From Fimbriosthenelais zetlandica (Eukaryota): a DNA stretch of 64,000 nt. The notes under the pieces are model-generated. The model worked only from the letters and a program-made list of their open reading frames with translations. It ran no database searches and had not been told where the DNA came from. Of the stretch, positions 1 through 12,600 are shown one piece after another (position 1 is the stretch's first letter; each line of letters opens with the position of its first letter). The translations under genes and the position numbers were made by a program. The stretch covers positions 27,466,001-27,530,000 of the forward strand of contig OZ365111.1 in assembly GCA_977030845.1 (NCBI GenBank), given 5' to 3'.

Positions 1-780
1 GAATAGTTAGGATAATGAACAAAGTGTGTCAATACCCCTGCAGGCTTTCCTGAGCGGGGAGGCACCCGGCCCTGACCAAGGTGGAAGGTACACTGTGGTG
101 TAGTGGGTCGGGTAAAACCAAACACTATACCAAAAAACATATATTTACAAAATCTTAACCAACGCCCCCCCCCCCCCCCCTGCCAAACTAATCCAATCTA
201 AAAAGCGGATAACGAATTTACCTACATCATACAGATTCTAGACAATTATATTTTCATACTTTAACTGACATGTACAGGGATACTATGAGACACCTAATGA
301 GACACTGACAATTGTGAAAATCTAGGGGTGGGGAAGGCTAGATGACTTGGATAAGCCAAATGACATTCAAAATCAAAAGGCCAAATATTATAAAGCACAA
401 ATTTACCAGATATTGAAGAAGAAAGTTAAAAATAGGAAGTCAGAACTCCTTAAGTATTGCGAGAATCCTGCGAGAAACTATACAAAATTACAGCTTAATT
501 AAAAACGAAAACAAGTTCGGGTTAATTGAAGCGTAGTATACTCTAGTCTCCTTTGGCTTTACGCAAATCAAGTAGAGAACACAACCGTCCACAACCGCCC
601 GCCAGCCCGCCCCCACCCCGCCGTCATTGATGTCCAGACTATTGTCTTTAAGGGCGACGCTTTGTTGTCTGAGGGTCTGGTCTGAGTTGTCTCTGGCTTC
701 ATTTGGAATAGCACAGGCATTATTTCATGCCTTTATTAATTCTTAAGCTGATAATAATACTTTCTTTGATCCATCATTAA

Positions 781-1715
781 CCCTTTCGAGGCGCGTATTG
801 CCTCAAGGCATTCCCGTACTATAGGCGCGTATTGCCTCAAGGCATTCCCGTACTATAGGCGCGTATTGCCTCAAGGCATCATGTGACAGGGATTTTTTCA
901 GGTTTTTGACACACTGAGTTACCCTTAAAAACATTTCTTTCACTTTCATATCAGCTATATTATTATTCACCTTGATCCACTCAATGTAACAAAGTAAATA
1001 GTATATCAGTGCCATATTCCAGACAAAAGCTAGGGCCCGACGAACTTTCAGAATTTTTACACAAAATTAGCCACCTTTATCATAATATTTACGGGAAAAT
1101 GAAAAAAAACATGTTAAAAGTATTTTAAAAAATCTTAAAACCCCCTCTATGATTTTTTCCCGCCAATTCAAATATATTATTTTTGGGCCAAAATAATAAT
1201 TTGGAAATTGGGAATTTTCGTTACCATGGCAACAGGATTTTCAGTAAAATAAAAGATTTGTGTGTTTCATTGTTACCATGGAAACGGTCAAAAAGCGAAA
1301 TTCTGAAATATCACTAACTTCCCTAAGAAAATAATCTGAGCTTCTGAATAAACTTTACTTTGTATAAATTGGATCAGAAATAAGGAAACTGTGAAAGAAT
1401 ACATTATATTATTCATTTTCCTCAAGTAATATGTTTCCCAACTTTAGGCCCCCTTTTCCCATGTATATCTCAAGCACCAGGGAAATCAATATTCCCAAAC
1501 AAAATCGAGATCACCCAATCTACAAGGCAGTATCTCAGCTTCTACTTGGAATTTTGAGACAAGGTTTATACCAAAATGTTGCAAATTTCTCTTTCTATGT
1601 TGATCAAAAACAGTTAATAATAAATAAATACATTCCCCGTCCACTGAATGGCAGCATTAATGCATTCGCCGTTCACTGCATGGAAGTATTAGATGCATTG
1701 CCCGCCTCGAAAGGG
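781..1715. mobile_element. Non-autonomous piggyBac-like DNA transposon (935 bp)
   Basis: TTAA at 777-780 and 1716-1719; 13-bp TIR CCCTTTCGAGGCG / CGCCTCGAAAGGG; 34-bp subterminal tandem repeat on the left; no transposase ORF. Confidence 0.88.
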
Positions 1716-4539
1716 TTAAACAAAGGATAATGATTTATTTGGTGACCGTGAACTTTTAACCTGTTATTAGTCTTGTCGGCCTAATTGTGTTGTATTGAAC
1801 TAGAGCTGAACATGTATTTTAAATGTTTCTGATATCCTTTTGAACTCAAAAAGTTATATTTTTAATAATCCTGCATATTGCTATTCAGCAGAATGGCTAA
1901 ATTTAAAATTATAATATTGGTTTATGGCAAGATTTTGTGGGGTTGGGAGAGAGGGGATAGGATAACAGCTGAGAGACGCCATTGTTTGCATGAGACCTAA
2001 CTTAAAGGGTCTGCATTGATAGAAAGATAGAGATTAAAAATATCAATTACTACAAGGACTTTTAAAAGCCAACTTTCGTATGTATGTATGTACATGTATA
2101 CATTGCGCCTGCTTTCCTCCCGAACCCCTCGCCATTCAAAGGGTAGTTAGGCCTATAACAAAGCTTAAACCCCCAGAGCCAAGTGTCGGGATTACCACCA
2201 GCATGACATGTTTTTGAAGGTGGATATAAAAGTACGTAATCCATATTTAATAAGATTTCATTGCATAAACACAGACAATGATACCAGACTGGAAAATTCC
2301 CCAAATTTGCCCCGTGTAAATTGAAGAGCAGATACCCAGGAGTCGCAGTGCACTTTATTTCACGAGGAGAAAATCATGACATAACATGTGTACACTCATA
2401 CTAAATTCTACACACTTATTAGTACATAATATTTAGGCATTAAGACATAATATTTGAGATATATGGTGGGATGTAATATGGAAGATTGTATATGGGACAT
2501 AATAAAGCCTCATTTTATATATGCAATGCTATTTTTGCCAAGATTTGTTTCCCCGAGAATTCCATCTTGTCGATGCAAAAGTGAGGGCTTGCATATCCAG
2601 ATGGGCATCAATTCCGTCTCATAACTAGGTACCACCAATCTGTATCAAACAAACAAATCAGAGAAAACATTATTTAATAAGTAAAAATGTCTTAGAAAAT
2701 TGGCACAAATACTGCCGTCATAAATTTCCATCATGAACTCATAATTATACATAGTTTTCTGTTGATGTCTTATAGTAGAGGACATAGATTTCATTACATT
2801 ATAACCATATTCGTAGACAGTTAATTCAGGAGCGTTTTATTTCACACCTATGAGGGGAGAAAGCTTGACCTCTCTTTAGGCTACAGATTTAAAACAAAAT
2901 GTTCGTTAGGGTTTAATACGTGTGGTAGCGTGACCTAATTCACACAAACACCCCGTTTTTACACCTATAAATTATTGTAAATTCTCCCTTATATAAGTGT
3001 GACTGAAAGTGTGATCAATAGAATTGACATTAATACCCTTAAAATACTCGCATGAAAAACTTACGACTCTTGCTCCTGTGCCTTTAGCACCCACACACTC
3101 GCCCCACGGACATAATATTATAATATTAGGACCTATGCTGAACGATAGAGTGCCTTCTTTGTTTCCTATTTAAAAAACCAAAACCGAATATTACAATTTG
3201 ATAGTTAAAAAACAACGATAATTACATTAATAATTACGATAATTATGAATCCATATTTGATCGATAAATCAAATTTCTTTCCATATAATTCAAAGCAACA
3301 TTTCTCGAGCTATACTCCCCGGCGTCCACATGTAGGGCTTATAGGCGGATTTTCTAACACGTCTTGCAAAAAGCTCATACAATTACATTAAATAGGCTAC
3401 AGGTTGTCATATCAACCAATAAAATATAATATTAAATAATAATTATGTGTATTTACCTTATAAAACTTCTTGGACTTGTACTTGAGTTGACTTTTGGCGA
3501 CGAGCGATTCTGACTGAAAATGTCTATATGTAGGCCTACTACATGTATACGTGTTGTCTCTTTGCTTGCCAGTTTGCATGTGAGGTTTTAAATATGGCTG
3601 CTATCGCGCGGCTGGGGTCACTTCCGGTTCAAGGGGGTTAGTACCCATAAACTCTCTTTCGTACGTTGCTGTATCCAGCTTTCCCGCGCTGGATATTACA
3701 GTTAAAATATACTTAGAGAAATGTAATAAAATTATAAATACACCCAGGGAAACCAATAATTTATTATGCTTGAGCTTAAGCCGAAGTCAAAGAAATGGAC
3801 CTAAAAGCATGATTAGACCAATCAAGTTTTTAATATATTTAAAGATTTGTTAGTAATTGTAAACCACTTGGGTTATCAAATAGCCTATATATGGGCCAAA
3901 CTAAATTTTATATTCGGAAAAAGCGCACGGCATTTTGTTACAAAAAATATCACTGAAGGTTATGTTCTCACAATATTATCCTAGCCTAAATGTAGGTGTT
4001 TGCGATTGGAATGAGTGGCGTTATGCCTACTATCGTCCAATGGAAATAGGCTACCTAGTATAGGCCTATCACATTTGTCTAATCCTGATAAAAAAAACAG
4101 TTTACATGCATCAAATAGCATTATAGTGGACTTATTGAGGATTTTAATCGTTAGTTCGCAAGTCATGGGGAAATTTTTCAAAATCTAACAGTAGATTTAG
4201 CTGTGAGAGACCCTAGTAATTAGGCCTAACATTTTGTCCTTAACTCATTTTTTTCAAACTGTGAACAATTTTACCTTCATTCATTTTCTTTTGCATTGGA
4301 CGATAACCTAGGTCTACGTCGGGGATAGTTCATGCCAGAGTATATTTGTATGCCTATTATAGGCCTACCCGGCATGGCAATATTTTAATGACCAAAAATA
4401 GGCCTAAGTAGGCCTACGCATGAGGGAACATGATGTAACATTTGTCGATAGTAATATAGCCTACCTCCAGGCATGCCTGCAACCGTACCTGCTAATTTCT
4501 CTTTACATCTTTATAGGAGTCTGGGGTATACCTGCCACT

Positions 4540-4800
4540 ATACCCGCTACTGTACCCGCTGTTTTGGAAAGATGTAGGGAAAAAATCATCTGGGTGTGGA
4601 CGGTCCTACCCGCTATTATTAAGTTATGAGAAAAATATGTGATTTGGGTTTTGCAGGTACCCTTTAGTGTACCCGGGGTATGGTATTGAAGATTTTGGGT
4701 TTTTTTTCGTAATTAATTAAAAATGTTTGACGTGGAAAACAGCGGGTAGCCTGATGGTATGGACGGGGTTATGGACGCTAATCTAGAAATAGCGGGTAGG
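4540..4800. repeat. Cluster of TACCCGCT motifs in direct and inverted orientation (probable transposon subterminal region)
   Basis: tacccgctgtttt (4553) vs aaaacagcgggta (4736); cctacccgctatt (4605) vs aatagcgggtagg (4788). Confidence 0.55.
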
Positions 4801-4847
4801 GGACGCTGTTTCTCCCGTGAATACTAGTCGGCGATTGTTGACTATAC

Positions 4848-5215
4848 TGGGCTGGGTAGGGTGGGTCGTGTTGGTAGGGATGGGTTTGGATGGGTTGGGA
4901 CGGGTTGGGATGGGATGGGATGGGATGGGTTGGGATGGGTGACTCAATGGATTAAGGAAGTTATATAGATTTGTAGATGGATAGGTGGGTTGCGTGAGAA
5001 GGGTGGATATGTTTGGATTGGTAGGCCGCTTGTTGGATAGGTGGATGGATTTCTGGATGGGTGGATGAATTGGGCGATTGGTAGATGGATAGATGGGCAG
5101 GATAATGGGAAGAAGGGAGCTTGGCTGCAGATGGATGGATTGATTTCTGGGTGGATGGATGTGTGGATGGATGGATTGGAGCTTGGCTGAGATAGATGAA
5201 TGGATGAGTGACTAA
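4848..5215 (+). repeat. G-rich (GGGAT/GGGTT)n tract grading into degenerate (GGAT)n microsatellite
   Basis: Directly visible; explains the low-complexity ORF 4944-5237. Confidence 0.85.
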
Positions 5216-5336
5216 TTAAAGAGCCAGATCTGTGCATTTAAGTTCGATGGATTTGACCTTTCAAATTGATATGGATTTTAAAGTATAATGTACGATAATA
5301 TTATTTAACATTGTGGTTAATATCCGTCTATTTCAG

Positions 5337-6666
5337 GTGTTCTATGTGGTCCTCCAGTTCTACAGCCCGCCACCTAAGAAGGTAACCATAGAGAGGAAGA
5401 AGGACGCGACCTCTCCATGGCGACCATGGCAGATGTATGCTGATGATTGTACTCAACAGTTTGACATGCCTAACAATGGACCGCTCCTGGAACCTGACTC
5501 TGTCAACTGTATACAGTTCGGAACGTGGGTCCTTTACCAAGTTTTTCGATCGATTTCCATCTCAAAACTATGAAAATAGTCCCTTATCAGCTAAATTGAA
5601 CCCTTAGGATTGATTTTAAAATGTGCTCACTACTAGAATGTCCCTTTTAAATCCAAGGAAGTTGTCTGCAAACTTGGGTCCGTGAAAAAGTGATCACTAT
5701 ACTTGTTCCCTAATATCGGGGAGCTGTATACAACACCTCAAGTACAGGTTAGGACTGTGATGAAGTGTTCACTATATGGAGGCGTTCTTTATGTATTTTG
5801 TTCACTCATGTAGGTTATTAATAAATTATGATATTATATTTAGGAATGGGGATGAGGTAGCCTACTCTAAAGGTAACATCACCTTCAGTATCCTGTCACC
5901 TGAGCCTGTCGCCAGACCGGGTCACAATGATTTCTACAGTACCCCAGCTCTCGCTGAATTTGTCAAGGCCTCCTATGTCAGAGTGAGACTAGAGGTAAGA
6001 ACTTTCTATATTTCTTCAAAAATATTTCCCCCTAAAAATTGTCCATACTGAGTTGCCAACAAGCAGTGAGTACCTGAAAATGTGTCAGTGCCCTGACTGG
6101 GATTTGAACCTGGAATGAAAATGCCTTGGTCGTCCCGGTGGATTGAACCCTCTGAATGAGTGTGTGCTCTAACCTGTGAGCTAACTCCCTGAAAGAGCTG
6201 GTCTTCTCTTACTAAGCTAAATCTGCTGCACCACTGCCTTGCTGAAACATGTAAAATTAAGCCAGGACTCCACTCTTGCGATTTGTTTGCGACACTATAC
6301 TGCGACAAAGGTGATGCTTGTGTTGCAATACAATTAATATATTGTTGTCGAAGCGTCCAAGGCCGTCTGCCACTGGTATATGTTTCATTGCAACGCAAAC
6401 GTTACCTTTGTCATAGTAGTGTCACAAGGAGTATCGCAGCAGTGGAGTACTGTTGTAAAATAATGAATGATGCAGTGTATTGAATGTATGAGTTTTTCTT
6501 GTAGTTTCATTTCTACGTGGATCATGTTCGTCACCAGTATTATGGGATCTATGAGTATGTGGTGACTGGCCGGTGTAACTGTAACGGTCACGGGGAGAGC
6601 TGTGACCTCACATCACGTCCATACACCTGTCACTGTCTACCATCCAGCCATACCCAGGGTCTCCAG
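5337..6666 (+). CDS. USH2A: USH2A segment: C-terminal part of laminin N-terminal domain and start of EGF-Lam 1
   Basis: Exons 5337-5524, 5844-5994, 6505-6666. VFYVVLQFYSPPPKKVTIERKK..., ...YEYVVTGRCNCNGHGESC. The first donor (AC|gtgggt) is the weakest but the phase fits. Confidence 0.92.
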
Positions 6667-9600
6667 GTCAGTACTAAATCATTAATTATAATCGATTTGT
6701 AGTTTGTGTGACAAGCATGGTTCCTCAGATGGTCACCCACAGAAAGCCTTGTAGTCTAGAGAAGGGGAAGGAAGCATGGAAAGTGAAAGTATTCTGCCGT
6801 CCAAAGCTAAAACGCAGTATGTATCTATACATAATAGTATAGTATACTGCGTTTTAGCTTTGGACGGCAGTTAATTGATTGAAGATTGAACCTATCAGGG
6901 TAGTACACCATTGCCTTGTTCGACTGAAGAATTGGTGGTTTTGTGGTTTGGGGTTGTAGACCTGTTCTGACAAACGAAGAGTATTAATATGCCGATGACC
7001 AGAAATCCAGTCCACACTTTGTCAAGTTCAGTACATAGTCATATTACTTCAGCCATATTTAGACTATATTATTGACTATATTATTTCCACTGCAGTGCGA
7101 GGAATGTGCACCTCTGTACAACAATAAACCGTTTCGAGCCAGTGACCAGCTAAACGCCTACGACTGCCAAGCCTGTGAGTGCTACAACCATGCCGACTCC
7201 TGTGTCTATGACAGGACGCTGGATCCATTCCCCAGTCAACATGACCAGGGTGGAGGCGGCAGGTGTGTTAACTGCCAACATAACACCCAGGGCCCCAGGT
7301 GTGATGTCTGTGTAGACCTGTACTATAGACCACAAGGCAAGAGTCTGTATGCTGAAGATGTCTGTCAACTGTGTGACTGTCATGCACCAGGTGTCAAGGA
7401 TGAGGAACTCCTATGTGAAAAGGTAAGTTCGTCAACTTACATCGTAACTTCAAACTACCGGTGTACCCCGCATCCATGCCAAGGGCCGCGCGTCCATTCT
7501 AAGGGCCCCGCGTACATTCTAAGGACCGCGCGTCCAATCTCATGGCCGCGCGTCCATTCTAAGGGCCACGCGTCCAATCTAAGAGCCCCACGTCCAATCT
7601 AAGGGCCGCGCGTCCATTCTAAGAGCAGAGCGTCAAATCTAAGGGCCGCGTATCCAATCTAAGAGCCCCGCGTCAAATCTAAGAGCCCCGCGTCCATTCT
7701 TATGGCCCCGCGTCCATTCTTATGGCTCCGCGTCCATTCTAATGGCCCCGCGTCCATTCTTATGGCCCCGCGTCCATTCTTATGGCCCAGCGTCCATTCT
7801 AATGGCCCCTCGTCCATTCTAATGGCCCCGCGTCCAATCTAAAGGCTGCGCGTCCAATCTAAAGGCTGCACGTCCATTCTAAGGATCCAGCGTCCATTCT
7901 AAGGGCCTCGCGTCCATTCTAAGGGCCTCGCGACCATTCTAAAGGCCGCGCGTCCATTCTAAGAGCAGAGCGTCAAATCTAAGGGCCGCGCGTCAAATCT
8001 AAGAGCCCCGCGTCCATTCTTATGGCCCCGCGTCAAGTATCATGGCCCCGCGTCAAGTATCATGGCCGCGCGTCCATTCTAAGGATCCAGCGTCCAATCT
8101 AAGGGCCACGCGTCCAATCTAAGAGCCCCACGTCCAATCTAAGAGCCCCGCGTCCATTCTAAGAGCCCCGCGTCCAATCTAAGAGCCCCGCGTCCAATCT
8201 AAGAGCCCCGCGTCCATTCTTATGGCCCCGCATCCATTCTTATGGCTCCGCGTCCATTCTAATGGCCCCGCGTCCATTCTTATGGCCCCGCGTCCATTCT
8301 TATGGCCCAGCGTCCATTCTAATGGCCCCGCGTCCATTCTGATGGCCCCGCGTCCAATCTAAAGGCCGCGCGTCCATTCTAAAGGCCGCGCGTTCATTCT
8401 AAGGATCCAGCGTCCAATCTCAGGGTCCCGCATCCATTCTAAGGACCTCGCGACCATTCTAAAGGCCCCGCGTCAAATCTAAGGACCGCGTGTCCATTCT
8501 AAAGGCCGCGCGTCCATTGTAAGGATCCAGCGTCCAATCTCAGGGTCCCGCGTCCAGGCCGCGCGTCCATTCTAATTGCCGCGTCCGTTCTAAGGGCCGC
8601 GCGTCCATTCTAAGGGCCCCGCGTCCAATCTAAAGGCCCCGCGTCCATTCAAATGTTTGGGGTGCATTCCTGGGGGTGAACATGAATGTGGGGGGATTTG
8701 AAATCGTTACACACCTGTATGCATACAAGGGCCCCGCGTCCATTCTAAGGGCCGCACGTCCAATCCCAGGGCCGCACGTCCATTATACAGGCCCCGCGTA
8801 CATTCTAAAGGCTGCGCGTCCATTCTAAGGGCCGCGCGTACATTCTAAAGGCCGCACGTCCAATCCCAGGGTCGCGCGTCCATTATACGGGCCCCGCGTC
8901 CATTGTAAATGCCCCGCTTCCATTCTAAAGGCCGCGCGTCTATTCTAAAGGCCGCGCGTCCATTCTAAATGCCCGCGTCCATTCTAAGGGCCCCGCGTCC
9001 AATCTAAAAGCCGCGCGTCCATTCTAAAGGCCCCGCGTCCATTCAAATTTTTGTGGCGCATTCCTGGGCGTGAAGATGAATGTGGGGGAATTTGAAATCG
9101 TTACACCTGTATGCATACAATTTTATGTGACTTGTATCAATGTGTCAATGCTTATAATGTACAGACACAGGCCCTGATCAGCTGTAGATAAAACACTTAA
9201 TCTCTTTAAGGGCTCTCTTAAAGCTCTTTCTTTAATAAAGGTTTTGCCAGAAAATAGTCATAGAGCCAGTTATCTCTTCCTACTCGCAATAAATGGCCTT
9301 GGTCGTTGCTGCGACTCTAACAAATGTAATCTACTTTCCAGGAGGGAGGCCAGTGTCAGTGTAAGCAGTTTGTGACTGGTCGTCAGTGTATGGAGTGTGT
9401 AGGAGGCTACTATAACATGCAGCTGACTAACCCTAATGGTTGTGAGGCGTGTGGGTGTGACACGGCTGGTACGATAGCTGCTGATATCACCTGCCATGCT
9501 TCAACTGGTCAGTGTAACTGTAAAACGGCCGTCACAGGTACGTGCAATATCTTTTGTCTTATGTCTTGGCCAAAAGTTTGTGGATCACCAGGAAATGTAG

Positions 9601-12600
9601 CTGCAGTTTTCAAGCAAATGGCAGGAGTTTGTTTGAAAATCGCTAGCCATTTCTGGTCAATTGATGTCTGGTGAAATTTCACTAATTTACTTCATCAGCG
9701 AAAATGGCTGCTGAAGAAAACGGCGGTCATTTTGTCAGAACATCAGACAATTTAGCCTGTTGGCCTTCAACTTTTGGCGAATTCTGTCATTGTATACCAA
9801 ACTTCTCACGGCACTTCATGAACTTCTATAACTTAACTAATCCACTAACCATCAACTGTGTCTCTTGCTTTCAGGGCGTCAGTGTGACCGATGTAAGCCT
9901 GGCTTCTATAACCTCGCCTCTGACAATGAACAAGGCTGCCGGCCATGCGGCTGTAAGCCTGAAGGTGCTCTGAATGCCTTCTGTAACCCAACCACAGGCC
10001 AGTGTCAATGTAAGCCTAGCATGCTCGGCCGGGACTGCAGCTCATGCAGTGAGGGCTTCTGGGGCTTTGAGAGTGGGTGCAGCCCATGTGACTGTCACGT
10101 GGACGGCTCAGAACCAGGCACAACCTGCGATACAATCACCGGGCAATGTGTGTGCAAGCCAAACGTCCAGGGACAGAGATGTAACGAGTGTGTCGGTGGA
10201 CATTATGGTCTTGGGTTGTCTGCCGAGGAGGGATGTCTCCCCTGTGGTTGTAACCAAGCAGGAACATTGGAAGGTTTAGAAGTGTGTGATGTGTTAACAG
10301 GACAGTGTAACTGTAAAGCTAATGTAGAAGGTGAGAGATGTCAGCTGTGTAAGCCGGCTACCTATAATCTAAAGGTGGAGAACCCGGATGGGTGTGAAGC
10401 CTGTAGTTGTGATCTGACAGGGACAGTCGGCGGTGATTCGATGGATGTTGAGCAGCTGCTCTGTGATCAGACAACTGGGCAGTGTACGTGTCTGGCCAAC
10501 AGGATGGGCAGGACCTGTGATGATTGTCAACCAGGTAAGTTGTTCTTGCCATCTTAAACCCGTCTAGGTTGTTATTCTTGTAGTTGGACTGACTTAAAAT
10601 ATGTCAAGAAAATGGCTCAGTGGATTTGGGTCTTTAAGCTTTTACTCAGAAAAATCCAAGGACAGTTACTCAATTTATGCTAAAACGTTCTTAACAATAA
10701 ACTCACATAATAGGTTCATGCAACTCCTGGAAATACCTCGAAATCTAAAAGCTGTTTATAAGTGGAAATTCCTAAGATTTTTTGCCAAGATCCTAGTTAA
10801 TTGTCAGACTTTTGTGGCCCTAATTGGAATTTTAGTGAAGGAAACTGCAAAACTGTGTATCAAAAATCTAAATAAACCATTTGTTGCCAGGTTCATTTTT
10901 GAGTAAGGATCCTGGGGGAGGTTGCTTGCCGTGTCAGTGTGTGCCCGGTGGGTCTATACCCTTCACGTTCTGTGACAGTCAGTCAGGACAGTGTGTCTGT
11001 TACGGCGGTAACTCAGGTATCACTGGACGACGATGTAACATGTGTAAACCAGGATATTACAACTTTCGCTTCGATACCAGAAGGTAGGAACTTAAACACT
11101 TTATTTCATATCTGGTGTAACCATCAACTTCAAATAACATTAGGCCTTCATTTTCATGTATCCATGTGTTGAATCCAAATCAGATGAGAAGGAATGTGGC
11201 TTGGGAGGTGCGCGGGAAAGGGCAGGTTTTAGTTCCTGCTCAGAAACAGCTCACTTAAATAAAGAAGGAAGAATTTCAATGTTATAGTTTATGGTTTTGA
11301 AAATGGATATCTATACTTGTTGGCTCACTATTTCTGTAGCGTTCTTGTAATTTGTCTCATTTTGTGTGTAAAATCTGTCTTGAATATGTAAGTACATGTA
11401 TAATACGTGATTTCTCGTTACAGTTGTAGCCAGTGTGATTGTGATGTGTCCGGCAGTAGTAACACCACCTGTGATCCTAACACTGGTCAGTGTCAGTGTA
11501 AGACTCACACCATGGGTCAGCGATGTAATCTTTGTATAGCGGGTACCAGTAATCTAGACGAGGCTAATCCATTTGGCTGCAGTAAAGGTATGTATAATAC
11601 AATGCACACTTTGGTATGCTTTAGCTCACTGAATCGCCATCTCAGTAGAGAGGCTATCTCACTATGTTCTTAAAGTTCCTACTACTTCAATATTGTCTGA
11701 CCTCGAAATCAGGACCACAATCCCCACAGGGTTCCCACAAGTAATTAAATTGATGACACATACAACTGTGTTAACCTGGATCATGTTTTTAACACCACAA
11801 TTGCAAGAATACCTGCTAAAACGACCATATGATTATGTGACTATTGCCACGACCCAAAGCACCACAAAGACATGCCGAATGTGTTCCTGTGACAAATGAA
11901 CTGTTTTCCTAACGAATGTGAACTACTCTTTAATCAATGTTTTGGACTTTTTTCAGCGCCATCTCAGCAGCCTCCACCCGAGCATATCCCTCTGTCGCCG
12001 ACCGCCCTAATGCTGTTCTGGGATGAGCCGGATTATCCTAATGGTATCTTACTGAGCTATACCCTGTACAGGAACGGTACAGAGAGGACTGTACTGCAAC
12101 CGTCAGGTAGGCATTGTATGATCGACCTACAGACAGATAGGAATTGACTGAATTTGAGGACGACTTTCAAATTGAGATCAAATGTCATGCTGGCCCCCTC
12201 CCGATATTGATTGGTCATGTGTAAATTGCTATTCCCTAATATGGAGTGGTCCTTCCTTTTAAGTCGAACTGTGGTGTTTGCCAAATGATCTTATGAATTC
12301 CTGAACTAACAAATGCAATGGTAGAAATCAGCTTTCATCATTTTACTTGTAAAACTCAGTACATAGTTCAATATCTGTAAATTTCAGAATTACAGTTCAA
12401 TGACACTGGACTGCGCCCTTTCACTGTGTACGCCTACAAAATCCGCGCCAGCAACTCTCATGGATCAACTGAAAGCCGTGAGGTGACCTTCCGTACGCCT
12501 GCCGACCGACCTTCAGGTCAAATCCTGCTGCACGCCACCATCATCAACACCGACATAACCCTCCAGTGGAACCAGCCAGATGCTCTCAACGGCTTCATTG

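Noticed and set aside
166-180. Poly-C run and nearby C-rich tracts (596-625)
   Set aside because: Simple homopolymer or low complexity, probably part of an unresolved repeat truncated by the window edge.
2160-3640. Possible transposon bounded by ttaaaccccc...gggggttag
   Set aside because: The ends do not form a convincing TIR or a matching target-site duplication.
1-5336. Upstream USH2A exons or another gene
   Set aside because: No ORF or splice-flanked segment with laminin N-terminal motifs; the short ORFs lie inside transposon or low-complexity DNA.
7470-9120. CRISPR-like array
   Set aside because: Head-to-tail 20-bp units with no unique spacers, no cas genes, eukaryotic intron context. 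The same applies to the 34-, 36- and 44-bp arrays.
9974-10279. Alternative-frame and antisense ORFs overlapping exons (also 41142-41408, 58826-59047, 60564-60803 and similar)
   Set aside because: Shadows of GC-rich coding exons with no independent motifs or splice support.
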